DNA from: a virus
Taxonomy: Duplodnaviria > Caudoviricetes
Reading direction: 5' to 3' (one strand)
DNA length: 41,096 bases
IMG/VR virus record: IMGVR_UViG_3300037419_001758
Coordinates: 1-41,096 of that record
Numbering within the stretch: the stretch's first letter is position 1; the number at the start of each line of letters is the position of its first letter. The notes beneath the pieces are model-generated. The model saw only the letters and a program-made list of their open reading frames with translations, was not told the origin of the DNA and did not search any database. Below are positions 1-8,062 of this stretch, piece by piece. A program made the position numbers and the translations under genes.

Positions 1-1
1 C

Positions 2-30
2 AGGATACGGGTTGCAAAAAAAATCTTCAA
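2..30 (-). promoter_or_regulatory. Leftward (PRM-like) promoter for the repressor, acting across the circular junction
   Basis: Minus strand reads TTGAAG (30-25) N17 TATCCT (7-2). If the end joins the start, the repressor ATG (41092) follows 5 nt later. Confidence 0.6.
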
Positions 31-37
31 AAAGCAC

Positions 38-66
38 TTGTCAGATGATCTTGCATCGCGGATAAT
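38..66 (+). promoter_or_regulatory. Rightward early lytic (PR-like) sigma70 promoter
   Basis: TTGTCA (38-43) N17 GATAAT (61-66), directly upstream of the first early gene. Confidence 0.75.
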
Positions 67-88
67 CTGGGTGTCAGATGATCTTGCA
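39..88. repeat. Two identical 17-bp quasi-palindromic operators TGTCAGATGATCTTGCA (39-55, 72-88)
   Basis: Exact direct repeat with dyad TGnnAGAT-G-ATCTnnCA. One copy overlaps the -35, the other the transcription start and first ATG. Confidence 0.75.
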
Positions 89-374
89 ACAGAGAGCCCG
101 GATGCCACACACGATCAAGCAAGCAGATTTTGACTTCCTGGTGGACCTGAACGCCTGGGTGGCGAGCGGGAAAGCGCAGGGGGCATACGCCGGGGAGATT
201 GGCGTGGCCGATGGCACCATCACCTACCGCTTGAAGGAGCACCGCCTGAAGTCCGAGCGCGGGGTGGGGCTGGTGGACCGGGAGACCGGTGAGACGTTCG
301 AGGCGCGCGTGGACAGCGGCTACTACCGCCTCTTCACGGCAGATGAACCCGCAGTAGAGGCAGCGGTCGCTTAA
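78..374 (+). CDS. Cro-like HTH DNA-binding protein (start may be ATG 102)
   Basis: First gene divergent from the repressor; HTH-like segment AQGAYAGEIGVADGTITYRLK. Confidence 0.55.
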   Translation: MILQQRARMPHTIKQADFDFLVDLNAWVASGKAQGAYAGEIGVADGTITYRLKEHRLKSERGVGLVDRETGETFEARVDSGYYRLFTADEPAVEAAVA

Positions 375-446
375 GGGCCGCTAAGACCAAACCGCCCCGC
401 ACCCAGCTTTGGACGGCAGGGGCGCGGAGCGGTCAAGGACACACGA

Positions 447-623
447 ATGATACCACGCATCTCTAGAAAGCGGAAAGGGCGGGTGGTGCGGATCGCGTTT
501 CCGCGCGTGGCCGTGCCCACCCGCGACTGCCGGCAGGAGCTGTGGACCGCGGTCCCGGCGCTCTACCTCATCCTCCACGGCGTTCTCCACGCCGTGCTCC
601 ATGCCACGTGGGGAGGCCGCTGA
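447..623 (+). CDS. Small hypothetical protein (58 aa, basic N-terminus, hydrophobic C-terminus)
   Basis: Own translation MIPRISRKRKGRVVRIAF...LHATWGGR; AAGGA upstream; TGATG coupling to the next gene. Below the ORF-track cutoff. Confidence 0.5.
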   Translation: MIPRISRKRKGRVVRIAFPRVAVPTRDCRQELWTAVPALYLILHGVLHAVLHATWGGR

Positions 624-802
624 TGGCTACCAAGACCTCTACCCGCAAGCGCCCGCGCGTCCAGGTGATTTACGTGCCCTGCCCGCCGGACCTCGCGCGC
701 ATCCAGCCGGGTCCCGGCACGGACCGCGCGGCGGCGGCGCTGCGGGCCTGGCGCAAGCCTCTGGACAAGGACGACCAGCGCGCGACGGAAGGCGGTGCCT
801 GA
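623..802 (+). CDS. Hypothetical protein (MATKTSTRKR..., 59 aa)
   Basis: GGAGG RBS; TGATG coupling at both ends. Confidence 0.6.
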   Translation: MATKTSTRKRPRVQVIYVPCPPDLARIQPGPGTDRAAAALRAWRKPLDKDDQRATEGGA

Positions 803-1164
803 TGAGCGAGACGAAGCACACGCCCGGGCCGTGGCGCGTTGGCCGCCCTGGCCCAAACGGCTGCCCACTGGTTGGCACGGAGCGCGGAGTGATGACCGCA
901 ATGGTGCCACTCAGCCTCAATCACCCTGCGGAACGAGACCGGGCGGTGGCTGATGCCCGCCTGATCGCCGCAGCACCGGACCTGCTGGCGGCTTGCGAGG
1001 AAGTTGCTGCTAAGGAAGGGTTCTGCATCTACGGAAGCTTGGAGCTTGCGCAGACGACTGACCTTCGGGAAGCCTATCAGCTTGGGTCCGCACACGCTTT
1101 TGAGCAGTGCGTCGAGATGGTCCGCACCGCCATCGCCAAGGCGACGGAAGGAGAGGCGGCGTGA
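802..1164 (+). CDS. Conserved phage early protein (KHTPGPW...ARLIAAAPDLL type)
   Basis: Recognisable HTPGPW and ARLIAAAPDLL motifs; coupled start at 802. Confidence 0.8.
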   Translation: MSETKHTPGPWRVGRPGPNGCPLVGTERGVMTAMVPLSLNHPAERDRAVADARLIAAAPDLLAACEEVAAKEGFCIYGSLELAQTTDLREAYQLGSAHAFEQCVEMVRTAIAKATEGEAA

Positions 1165-1439
1165 GCGACCCCATTTCCAACATCCGCCGCACCGGACGCG
1201 GCTCTCAGGTGGCTTACGACCTCACCTTCGCCTGCGGCCACACGCTGGACGGCTGCGGCAATGGTGACGCGCACCTGGAGCGGGACCGGAAGGACGCGCA
1301 GGGACCATGCTACCGATGCCGCAGCGCCGCCCGCCACGCGGCAGAGCAGGGCGATTACCGCCCGCTGGTGGCCTCGCAGCCGGAAGACACGCGGCGCCTG
1401 GTGGCGTCGATCCACGCGGGCGAGGAGGTAGCGGCGTGA
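1161..1439 (+). CDS. Hypothetical protein, possible Zn-binding (CGH...CxxC)
   Basis: GTGA overlap with the previous stop; GGAGAGG RBS. Confidence 0.65.
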   Translation: MSDPISNIRRTGRGSQVAYDLTFACGHTLDGCGNGDAHLERDRKDAQGPCYRCRSAARHAAEQGDYRPLVASQPEDTRRLVASIHAGEEVAA

Positions 1440-2017
1440 GCAGCGAGACCCCCTGCTACGCGTGGCACTACCTCGGTAATGATGGGAGGATTGCCACCTA
1501 CCACAGCTGCTGGAACGGTCTCCAGCCCCACAGCGGAGAGAAGGTGGAAGCGGGCAAGGTCTACCGGGTGGACGGCAAGATCATCCCCTGCCAGAACGGG
1601 CTGCACGCCTCAAAGCGGGCGCTGGACGGCCTGGAATACGCCAGTGGATGCATTATCTCCCGCGTGATCCTCTCCGGGACCGTTGTTGAGGAGAGGGACA
1701 AGGCGGCGGCATCCGAGCGAACGGTGCTGTGGGTAGCGGACGCCACGAAGACGCTCCACGAGTTCGCCGTGTGGTGCGCGGAGCAGGCGCTGCTGCAGGA
1801 GCGTGAGGCCGGACGGGAGCCTGACCCGCGCTGCTGGGCGGCGCTGGAAACGAAGCGGCGGTGGCTAACCGGTCAGGCAACCGATGAAGACCTGCACGCC
1901 GCCAGGGCCGCCGCCAGGGAGGCCGCCTGGGCCGCCGCCAGGGAGGCCATGAATGCCGAACTAGAGCGGCGGCTATTGCTTCTGGCTCCGGTTGACGCAC
2001 CGGCGGAGGTGGCCTGA
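1436..2017 (+). CDS. Conserved phage protein with CxxGLHAS motif and Ala-rich tetrapeptide repeats
   Basis: GTGA coupling; CQNGLHASKRALDGLEYA and AARAAAREAAWAAARE. Confidence 0.75.
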   Translation: MSSETPCYAWHYLGNDGRIATYHSCWNGLQPHSGEKVEAGKVYRVDGKIIPCQNGLHASKRALDGLEYASGCIISRVILSGTVVEERDKAAASERTVLWVADATKTLHEFAVWCAEQALLQEREAGREPDPRCWAALETKRRWLTGQATDEDLHAARAAAREAAWAAAREAMNAELERRLLLLAPVDAPAEVA

Positions 2018-2253
2018 TGGACCCGATGACCAGCTTTGCCTTGGGCGTCTTTGTCGGCGCCATCGCCACCTCACTGTTCGCCTGGATTGCGGCGGAAGGT
2101 GGGCGCCACGAAAACGCGGACCTCAACGCGACGTGGGGCGTGGCGCCGCCCGTGCAGCCATGCCAGGAGAGCGGGCAAATCGACGACACCAGCACGGTGG
2201 TCAACCTCGCCAAATTGCGCGAATTCGAAGTGCAGGAGGTCGCCCGTGCGTAA
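2017..2253 (+). CDS. Small protein with N-terminal transmembrane helix
   Basis: GGAGG RBS, TGATG coupling, hydrophobic FALGVFVGAIATSLFAWIA. Confidence 0.65.
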   Translation: MDPMTSFALGVFVGAIATSLFAWIAAEGGRHENADLNATWGVAPPVQPCQESGQIDDTSTVVNLAKLREFEVQEVARA

Positions 2254-2342
2254 CGACTTGCCCGCCACGGCTAATGACAAGGGCTGATGGTGGGCAGGAC
2301 CGCGGAGCAGCGAGACATAGCGGACCTAGCTGCTCCGCATCT

Positions 2343-2421
2343 GGGATGTGGTGGTCCTGGGAGCTTTTCAACACCTGCCAGTTAAGAGCGCTTCCAGCGG
2401 GCTTCGATGCCCGGCATCCCA
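2343..2421 (+). ncRNA. D-armless tRNA-like structured element
   Basis: Acceptor-like GGGATGT/GCATCCC+A; T-arm-like CGGGC-TTCGAT-GCCCG; long central stem CTGGGAGC/GCTTCCAG; intergenic. Confidence 0.45.
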
Positions 2422-2456
2422 TTGCAGTAATCTACCGACCGACGAGGGAGAGATGC

Positions 2457-2768
2457 ATGAACCGATTTTGTGAGACGCTGCGGCAAGTCCGAAATGGGGC
2501 ACTGGAGACGGAGATGAACGATGCCCTGCAGGAGTTGGTGCACGAGGTGGAGCGGACGGGGAAGAAGGGCAGCCTCACTCTCACCATCGAGGTGCAGCCC
2601 GCTGGTGAGGGGAAGCAGTTCGTCAATGGAGCAACGAAGGCCAAGCTCCCCAGCCCGACCAATCAAGCGACCCTTTTCTACGTGAAGGAGAACGGCGACC
2701 TCACGCGGCGCGACCCGCGACAGCCGGAGCTTCCTTCCTTGAGCATTGCATCCGGAGGTGCAGAGTGA
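2457..2768 (+). CDS. Conserved phage protein, usual upstream partner of DUF2303 (YfdP-like)
   Basis: GAGGGAG RBS; motifs TGKKGSLTLTIEV and G.LTRRDPRQPEL; adjacent to DUF2303. Confidence 0.75.
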   Translation: MNRFCETLRQVRNGALETEMNDALQELVHEVERTGKKGSLTLTIEVQPAGEGKQFVNGATKAKLPSPTNQATLFYVKENGDLTRRDPRQPELPSLSIASGGAE

Positions 2769-3574
2769 GCATGGAAGACACCCAGACCGAAGCCGCGGTA
2801 GTAGCGGCCCTGGCGGCGCGGCAGGTACAAAGTGTCGAGTCCGACATCGCGCCGCTTGTGCCGCTTGCGGCATTGCCGGCCGAGATGCGGATTGAGTCGC
2901 TAGAGAAATACATGCTCACTCCGCTCCGGACGCGGGCAAAGGCGACGTTCCCCGAGCCGGACAGCTTCACCCGTTACGTTAACGACTATAAGCAGGACTC
3001 GACGCGCATCTTCGCGGATGAAGCCGCTGCCCGGTTTTCCTGCATCATCGATTACCACGGCGCCAAGCCCCAGTTCTGCGAGCACACCGCCGCGCTCCAA
3101 CTGAAGCCCACGAAGGCATGGCTGGATTGGATGCAGATCCACAACCGCCAGTCCACCCAGGACAGCCTCGCGGAATTCCTGGAGGACCACCTGACAGAGA
3201 TCGCGCAGCCGGACGGTGGCACGGTAATGGATGCCGTGCGCTTCCTCACAGCGAAGAAGTCGGTCGACTTCAAGCGGGCGACCAACCTCACCAACGGAAC
3301 CATCGCTCTCGAGTACGAGGAGCAAATTGAAGCTCGCGGCAAGGGCAACGCGGAAATCCCCGCCGAGTTCACGCTGCTCATCCAGCCCTACGAGTACGGG
3401 GACAAGTTTCCGCTCAAGGCGCGGCTCCGCTACCGGCTGAAGGATGACAGGTTGACGTTCATCGTCAGCCTGGAGAAGCCGGAAGAGATCCTAAAGGTTG
3501 CATTTACCCAGGCGTCCCGCGCGGTCGGAGAGGCGGCCGGAATCACGCCGCTCCTGGGGAGTGTAGCCGTCTAG
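2765..3574 (+). CDS. DUF2303 (YfdQ-like) family protein
   Basis: Motifs SFTRYVN, IIDYH, QDSLAEFLED, IPAEFTLLIQPY, ARLRYRL. Confidence 0.85.
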   Translation: MSMEDTQTEAAVVAALAARQVQSVESDIAPLVPLAALPAEMRIESLEKYMLTPLRTRAKATFPEPDSFTRYVNDYKQDSTRIFADEAAARFSCIIDYHGAKPQFCEHTAALQLKPTKAWLDWMQIHNRQSTQDSLAEFLEDHLTEIAQPDGGTVMDAVRFLTAKKSVDFKRATNLTNGTIALEYEEQIEARGKGNAEIPAEFTLLIQPYEYGDKFPLKARLRYRLKDDRLTFIVSLEKPEEILKVAFTQASRAVGEAAGITPLLGSVAV

Positions 3575-3787
3575 GACCGAGTTCCCTGCTGCTTCGTCGT
3601 CTTGCGCGTGCAGCTTTCGGCGGGGTGGCCGGGACATCCCCTTCGCCCCCACGTGGGGCGTCCGGATCAGGTTTCCTTACGGTCGCTGCCGGAATAGGCC
3701 GGCGCGGCCACGGGTCTGGCGGTTTCTGGTTGTTTGGTTGCTCGTTCTCAAGCCACCTGATCCGGCTTTTCGTGGAGATTCACGCTG

Positions 3788-4132
3788 ATGGTTCCCTCAA
3801 CCAATGACCTGATCGACCGCCTGATCGCAGCGCCGGAGAAGCTGAACCGCTCCCGGCTGGCCTACCTGGAAGCCGAGTTCAGCCGCCGCCAGGTGGAGAG
3901 CCAGCTCAAGGACCGCGAGGCGCAGCTTCTGGCGTGCGCCGACAGTCCCATCGACGGCAAGAACGCCGAGCAGCGAGCCGCCCAGCTCCGGCGGCACACG
4001 GAGGGCGTACGTGGTGCGCTGTTGGCCGAGGAGCAGAACGCGGACCGCCTGAAGGCGCGCTTCCAGGCCGAACTGGACGAGTTCACGGCGCTGCGGGCGA
4101 TCTCGGCGCTGCTGGGCCGCCAGACGGAGTAA
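3788..4132 (+). CDS. Coiled-coil phage protein (GKNAEQRAAQL type)
   Basis: Helical heptad pattern, GC3-rich codons, GGAG RBS. Confidence 0.7.
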   Translation: MVPSTNDLIDRLIAAPEKLNRSRLAYLEAEFSRRQVESQLKDREAQLLACADSPIDGKNAEQRAAQLRRHTEGVRGALLAEEQNADRLKARFQAELDEFTALRAISALLGRQTE

Positions 4133-4230
4133 CGCTTTGCCCGCGCTCTGTCACTGACAGGCACTGAATAGCGGGCGAACCGAGGGCCGGCGGTTACCGG
4201 CCCACCCCTACCACGAGATGAGATGACGCG

Positions 4231-4806
4231 ATGAGTGACGAGTTGGAATGGACACTGAAGCCTGATTACGAGCTGCACCCGGCAGGGGAGTGGCGCGCGC
4301 AGTTTGTGGGCTGGGAGAAAGACACCCACGAGAAGTTCGGCATCCAAGTGAAGCTGACGTTCCAGACAGAAGTGCTCGATAGCGACGGAAAGCACCGCGA
4401 AATCAGCACTTGGGGCAAGCCTAGCCTCGCGCCAAAGAGCAAGGTCGCGCTGCTGATGATGGCGCTCAAGCCGGACTTCGATCCCAAGAAGCTCACCGAG
4501 GCGGAGCTCCGGCAGTTCAGCCGCGTGCTGGACGATATGTGCGGCGAGAAGCTCCGGCTGCAGATCGCCCACGAGCCCAAGAAGGACGCAAAGGACGAGT
4601 TCGTGGACCGCATCAAGGCGTTCCTGCCCTACCGCAAGGCGGCGGTGAAGACCGGCGGCTTCGACGACGATGCGGCGGAGAGCACCGGCGACAAGGCTGC
4701 CCAGACGCAGCCGAAGCAGGAGCCGGTAGCCGCCGGCAAGAGCTCTGGGAAAGCCGCCGCGAAGCCCGAGGAACCGCCCGTCGACCCGTTCGCTGGCGAG
4801 GACTGA
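4231..4806 (+). CDS. Probable single-stranded DNA-binding/recombination protein
   Basis: Beta-rich N-terminal domain (PAGEWRAQF...VKLTFQT), disordered acidic tail ending DPFAGED, directly upstream of the primase. Confidence 0.6.
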   Translation: MSDELEWTLKPDYELHPAGEWRAQFVGWEKDTHEKFGIQVKLTFQTEVLDSDGKHREISTWGKPSLAPKSKVALLMMALKPDFDPKKLTEAELRQFSRVLDDMCGEKLRLQIAHEPKKDAKDEFVDRIKAFLPYRKAAVKTGGFDDDAAESTGDKAAQTQPKQEPVAAGKSSGKAAAKPEEPPVDPFAGED

Positions 4807-4817
4807 TCCCTAGCCCA

Positions 4818-4842
4818 CGAGGGGGACTCGCCATCCCCCTCG
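4818..4842 (+). terminator. Hairpin, possible terminator
   Basis: CGAGGGGGA-N7-TCCCCCTCG followed by a pyrimidine run rather than a clean poly-T. Confidence 0.35.
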
Positions 4843-4878
4843 CTCTCTCTCCAGCTATCCGCTCCCACTGCTATCTGA

Positions 4879-7800
4879 ATGACTTCTCCTGCTCGCGATC
4901 TCCTATACTTGGCGCTCTTCGAAGGTAAGGAAGACCGCAAGCCGGTTCAGAAGGCATTGCCCTGGCCGAAGCTGGCTGACATCCTCTCCCACCACGACGA
5001 GCGGTCGGAGAAAGACGGCGCGCTCTTCTCGCCCACGCTCTACCGCAAGGGCGCCACGCGCAGCAAGAGCGGTGTGCAGTCGATCACCGCCTTCGTGCTG
5101 GACTTCGATACGGGCGTGGCGCCGGAGATGATCGCGCCGGCCTGGAGCCGCTGGGAGCACCTGATCTACAGCACGTTCAGCCACACGCCGGGGCAGCCGA
5201 AGTGGCGCGTAGTCTTCCCCCTGGCGGAAGAGGTGCCGGCGGAACAGTGGCCCCAGATCTACCGCAACCTGGCGCACGCGCTGGGGTTCGGCCATCCGGA
5301 TCCGTCCTGCAAGGACTGCTCGCGGATCTACTATCTGCCCAGCTGCCCGCCCGGAGCGGAGCGGTTCGCCCGCCGGAACGAAGGCGTGTGGCTGGAGCCG
5401 TTCAGCTTCCCCGCCGTGGCGGAAGAGAAGGCGGAGACCACAGGCGGCCCCATCGTCACGGTTAACCCGCACGATTTGACGGAGACGCTGCTTGCCCGCG
5501 CCCTGGACCGCGCCAGCGCCGAGGGACGGAACAACGCCGGGCTCTGGCTCGCGTGCCAGCTCCGAGACAACTGTTTTGACCGCGGCGCGGCGGAAGCGGT
5601 GCTGGCCGATTACCAGGCCCGCGTGCCGGACACGGGTTCCCCCTACACCTGGGAAGAGGCGCTGCACTCGCTGGACCAGGCGTTCGCCAGCGCGCCGCGT
5701 GAGCCGTGGGAGCAGGCGATCCCGTTCCCACTGGAGCGCGAGCCGGAGCAAGAACCGGGGAACGTAGTTACCGCATTAGCGGTGGTCTCCGCCGCGGTGG
5801 CGCAGCTGAAACAGGACCCGGGCGCCGTGATGGAGCCGGAGACGCTGGACGCGCTGAACCGGCTGCGACGCTGGGACCCGGCAAACTGGGCCCGGATCCG
5901 CGCGGAGCTGAAGAAGCACAGTGTCTCCCTCAAAGACCTGGAGCGCGCGCTGGAGCAGCGGCGGCCCCAAGAGGCGGCGGAAGAGCCGGAGAAGCGCCAG
6001 CGGCGCGCGGGCGATATGCTCGACGAATGCCCGGCGCCGAACCTGATCATTCCTTCGCCCTACGTGCTCCAGGAGCAGGCCACAGCGCGTCTGGCGGAAG
6101 GGGAGAACGGCAGCGAGCTGGTTCCGGTCACCCTGGCGCCGCTGCTGATCGTGGGGCGTGCACGGGAGACGCTCACCGGGCAGGAGCTGCTCTTACTGGC
6201 GTGGCGGTGGCCAGGGCGCCCGTGGGCTTTTCACATCGTGGACCGCGCCAGCGCCATCGTGGGACGCAAGCTGGCCGACCTGTCCAGCGTCGGGTTCCCC
6301 TACCTGGACAGCAACGCGCGGGACATCACGAGCTATCTGGCCCGCCTGGAGGCGGCAAACCACGCCACATTGCCCTGCGCGCGGGTGACCGCCCATCTGG
6401 GCTGGCAGGGCGATCCCGATGACGCGCCGTTCCTGCTGGGCACCACGCTGATCCAGCCGGACGGGACCATCGAGACGGCGGCACGCCTGGACGCGGATCG
6501 GCCGGAGGCGTGGGGTGAGCGCCAGGTGATGTTCCACGGCACCACAGAGGGGGAGCAGCAGATCGTCTCCGCCTTCCATAGCGCCGGCACCTTTGAGAAG
6601 TGGGCCCAGACCATCGCCTTGCTGCAGGAGTACCCTCGCGTGATGACGGCCTTCTACGCCGGGTTCGTCGCGCCGCTGCTGGAGATCCTGAAGGTCCCAA
6701 ACTTCATCATCGACCTGTCGCACAGCACCACCACGGGCAAGAGCACCAGCGCGCGCACTGCCGCCAGTATCTGGGTCGATCCGGACGAGAGGCGCCCATC
6801 CTCGGGCTTCTACACGTGGGACATGACGCGGGTGTTCATCGAGCGGCTGTCCGCCACCGCGTCACACGTGCCTACCTTCCTGGATGACACCAAGCGCGCC
6901 AAGTCCCCGCAGTTCGTGGCGGAAGTGCTCTATATGGTGGCGCAGGGTAGGGGACGCGGCCGCGGCACCATCCACGGCATCGCCCGCACCGGACACTGGC
7001 GCACGGTGCTGATCTCCACCGGCGAGCAGTCCGTTACCAGCTTCACCAATGACGGGGGCACCCGCACGCGCACCCTGGCAATCAAGGGGCTGCCGCTGAA
7101 GAAGCAGGACCGGGAGACGGACGCCCTCGCCAAGCTGGTCAACCAGCAACTCTGCGCCAACTACGGCCACGCGGGACAGCGGTTCATCCAGGCGCTCATG
7201 CAGAACCGGGAGCACTGGAACGACATCCGCGCGCTGCACGAGCAGTGGTCCGAGTACTACACGGCCCAGGTAGACGTGCCGGAGTCGGGCCGCCTCTCGC
7301 AGTATGCCGCCGCGGTGACCGTTGCAGGCGCGCTGGCCCACCAATACCTGGATCTGCCGTGGGACTACACCAATCCGATGGCGGAGATCTGGTCGGATGT
7401 GGCTCACGAGGCACAGGACGCGGCGGGTGAGGAGCGCGCGCTACGCGAGGTGATCTCCTGGGCCTACGCGCACGAGCGGACGTTCCACGGGCGCAGCAAC
7501 GCGGACATCTTCGGCAACGAGAAGATGCCACCGTCCAACAGCGGGCGCTGGGACGGCGAGGACTGGCAGTGGATCGGCTTTCACCGCTTCATTCTGGACC
7601 GCGTGCTGACGGAGCTGCACTACCAGCCGGAAGCGATCCTCACGGGCTGGCGGACGCGCGGCTGGCTGCACTGCGATGCCGGCGGCTTCACGACCCGCGT
7701 GCGCGTCGGGAAGGGGCTGCCCTACATGGTCAAGATCTGGCGCAGCGCCGTGGAAGCGGTCTACGGCGGCGAGACGGGGGAACAGGGGGTCACAGAATGA
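4879..7800 (+). CDS. Primase-helicase: AEP-type primase + PriCT-like region + DUF927/Cch-like helicase
   Basis: VLDFD and YSTFSH...KWRVVFPL primase motifs; EGRNNAGLWLACQL; HLGWQ; Walker A-like STTTGKST; Walker B-like FLDD; GRGRG; ISTGE; NYGHAG. Confidence 0.88.
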   Translation: MTSPARDLLYLALFEGKEDRKPVQKALPWPKLADILSHHDERSEKDGALFSPTLYRKGATRSKSGVQSITAFVLDFDTGVAPEMIAPAWSRWEHLIYSTFSHTPGQPKWRVVFPLAEEVPAEQWPQIYRNLAHALGFGHPDPSCKDCSRIYYLPSCPPGAERFARRNEGVWLEPFSFPAVAEEKAETTGGPIVTVNPHDLTETLLARALDRASAEGRNNAGLWLACQLRDNCFDRGAAEAVLADYQARVPDTGSPYTWEEALHSLDQAFASAPREPWEQAIPFPLEREPEQEPGNVVTALAVVSAAVAQLKQDPGAVMEPETLDALNRLRRWDPANWARIRAELKKHSVSLKDLERALEQRRPQEAAEEPEKRQRRAGDMLDECPAPNLIIPSPYVLQEQATARLAEGENGSELVPVTLAPLLIVGRARETLTGQELLLLAWRWPGRPWAFHIVDRASAIVGRKLADLSSVGFPYLDSNARDITSYLARLEAANHATLPCARVTAHLGWQGDPDDAPFLLGTTLIQPDGTIETAARLDADRPEAWGERQVMFHGTTEGEQQIVSAFHSAGTFEKWAQTIALLQEYPRVMTAFYAGFVAPLLEILKVPNFIIDLSHSTTTGKSTSARTAASIWVDPDERRPSSGFYTWDMTRVFIERLSATASHVPTFLDDTKRAKSPQFVAEVLYMVAQGRGRGRGTIHGIARTGHWRTVLISTGEQSVTSFTNDGGTRTRTLAIKGLPLKKQDRETDALAKLVNQQLCANYGHAGQRFIQALMQNREHWNDIRALHEQWSEYYTAQVDVPESGRLSQYAAAVTVAGALAHQYLDLPWDYTNPMAEIWSDVAHEAQDAAGEERALREVISWAYAHERTFHGRSNADIFGNEKMPPSNSGRWDGEDWQWIGFHRFILDRVLTELHYQPEAILTGWRTRGWLHCDAGGFTTRVRVGKGLPYMVKIWRSAVEAVYGGETGEQGVTE

Positions 7801-8057
7801 GGTTTTGTTCTCCTCTTAATTATTACAGTTCAGGCACGTGTTCCCCCTGTTCCCCCTGTTCCCCCCTGTTTTTCCATACGCGCGGGCGCGCGCGCGGAAG
7901 AATAAGGGACAACGCCGCCCTCCGCGTTTTTCCTCGCACATGCGAGAAGGGTAGGGGGAACAGGGGGAACAGGGGGAACAGCCGCGATTTCAGGCACAAA
8001 TTGTCTCTTTTTAGAGGGGAACAAATCCGCCTCCAGGGGGGAACGGTAGGGGGAACA
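7776..8057. repeat. Putative replication origin with iterons (GGGGGAACA / TGTTCCCCC)
   Basis: Tandem TGTTCCCCC x3 (about 7839-7866) facing tandem GGGGGAACA x3 (about 7954-7980), further copies at 7776 and 8016-8057, and AT-rich patches. Immediately after the primase-helicase. Confidence 0.75.
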
Positions 8058-8062
8058 CGCCC

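Noticed and set aside
1897-1948. 12-bp tandem repeats as a DGR target or regulatory repeat
   Set aside because: They encode the Ala-rich tetrapeptide repeats of the protein, and no reverse transcriptase is present.
7776-8057. Repeats as a CRISPR array
   Set aside because: Units are 9 bp, tandem and inverted, with no unique spacers; iterons fit better.
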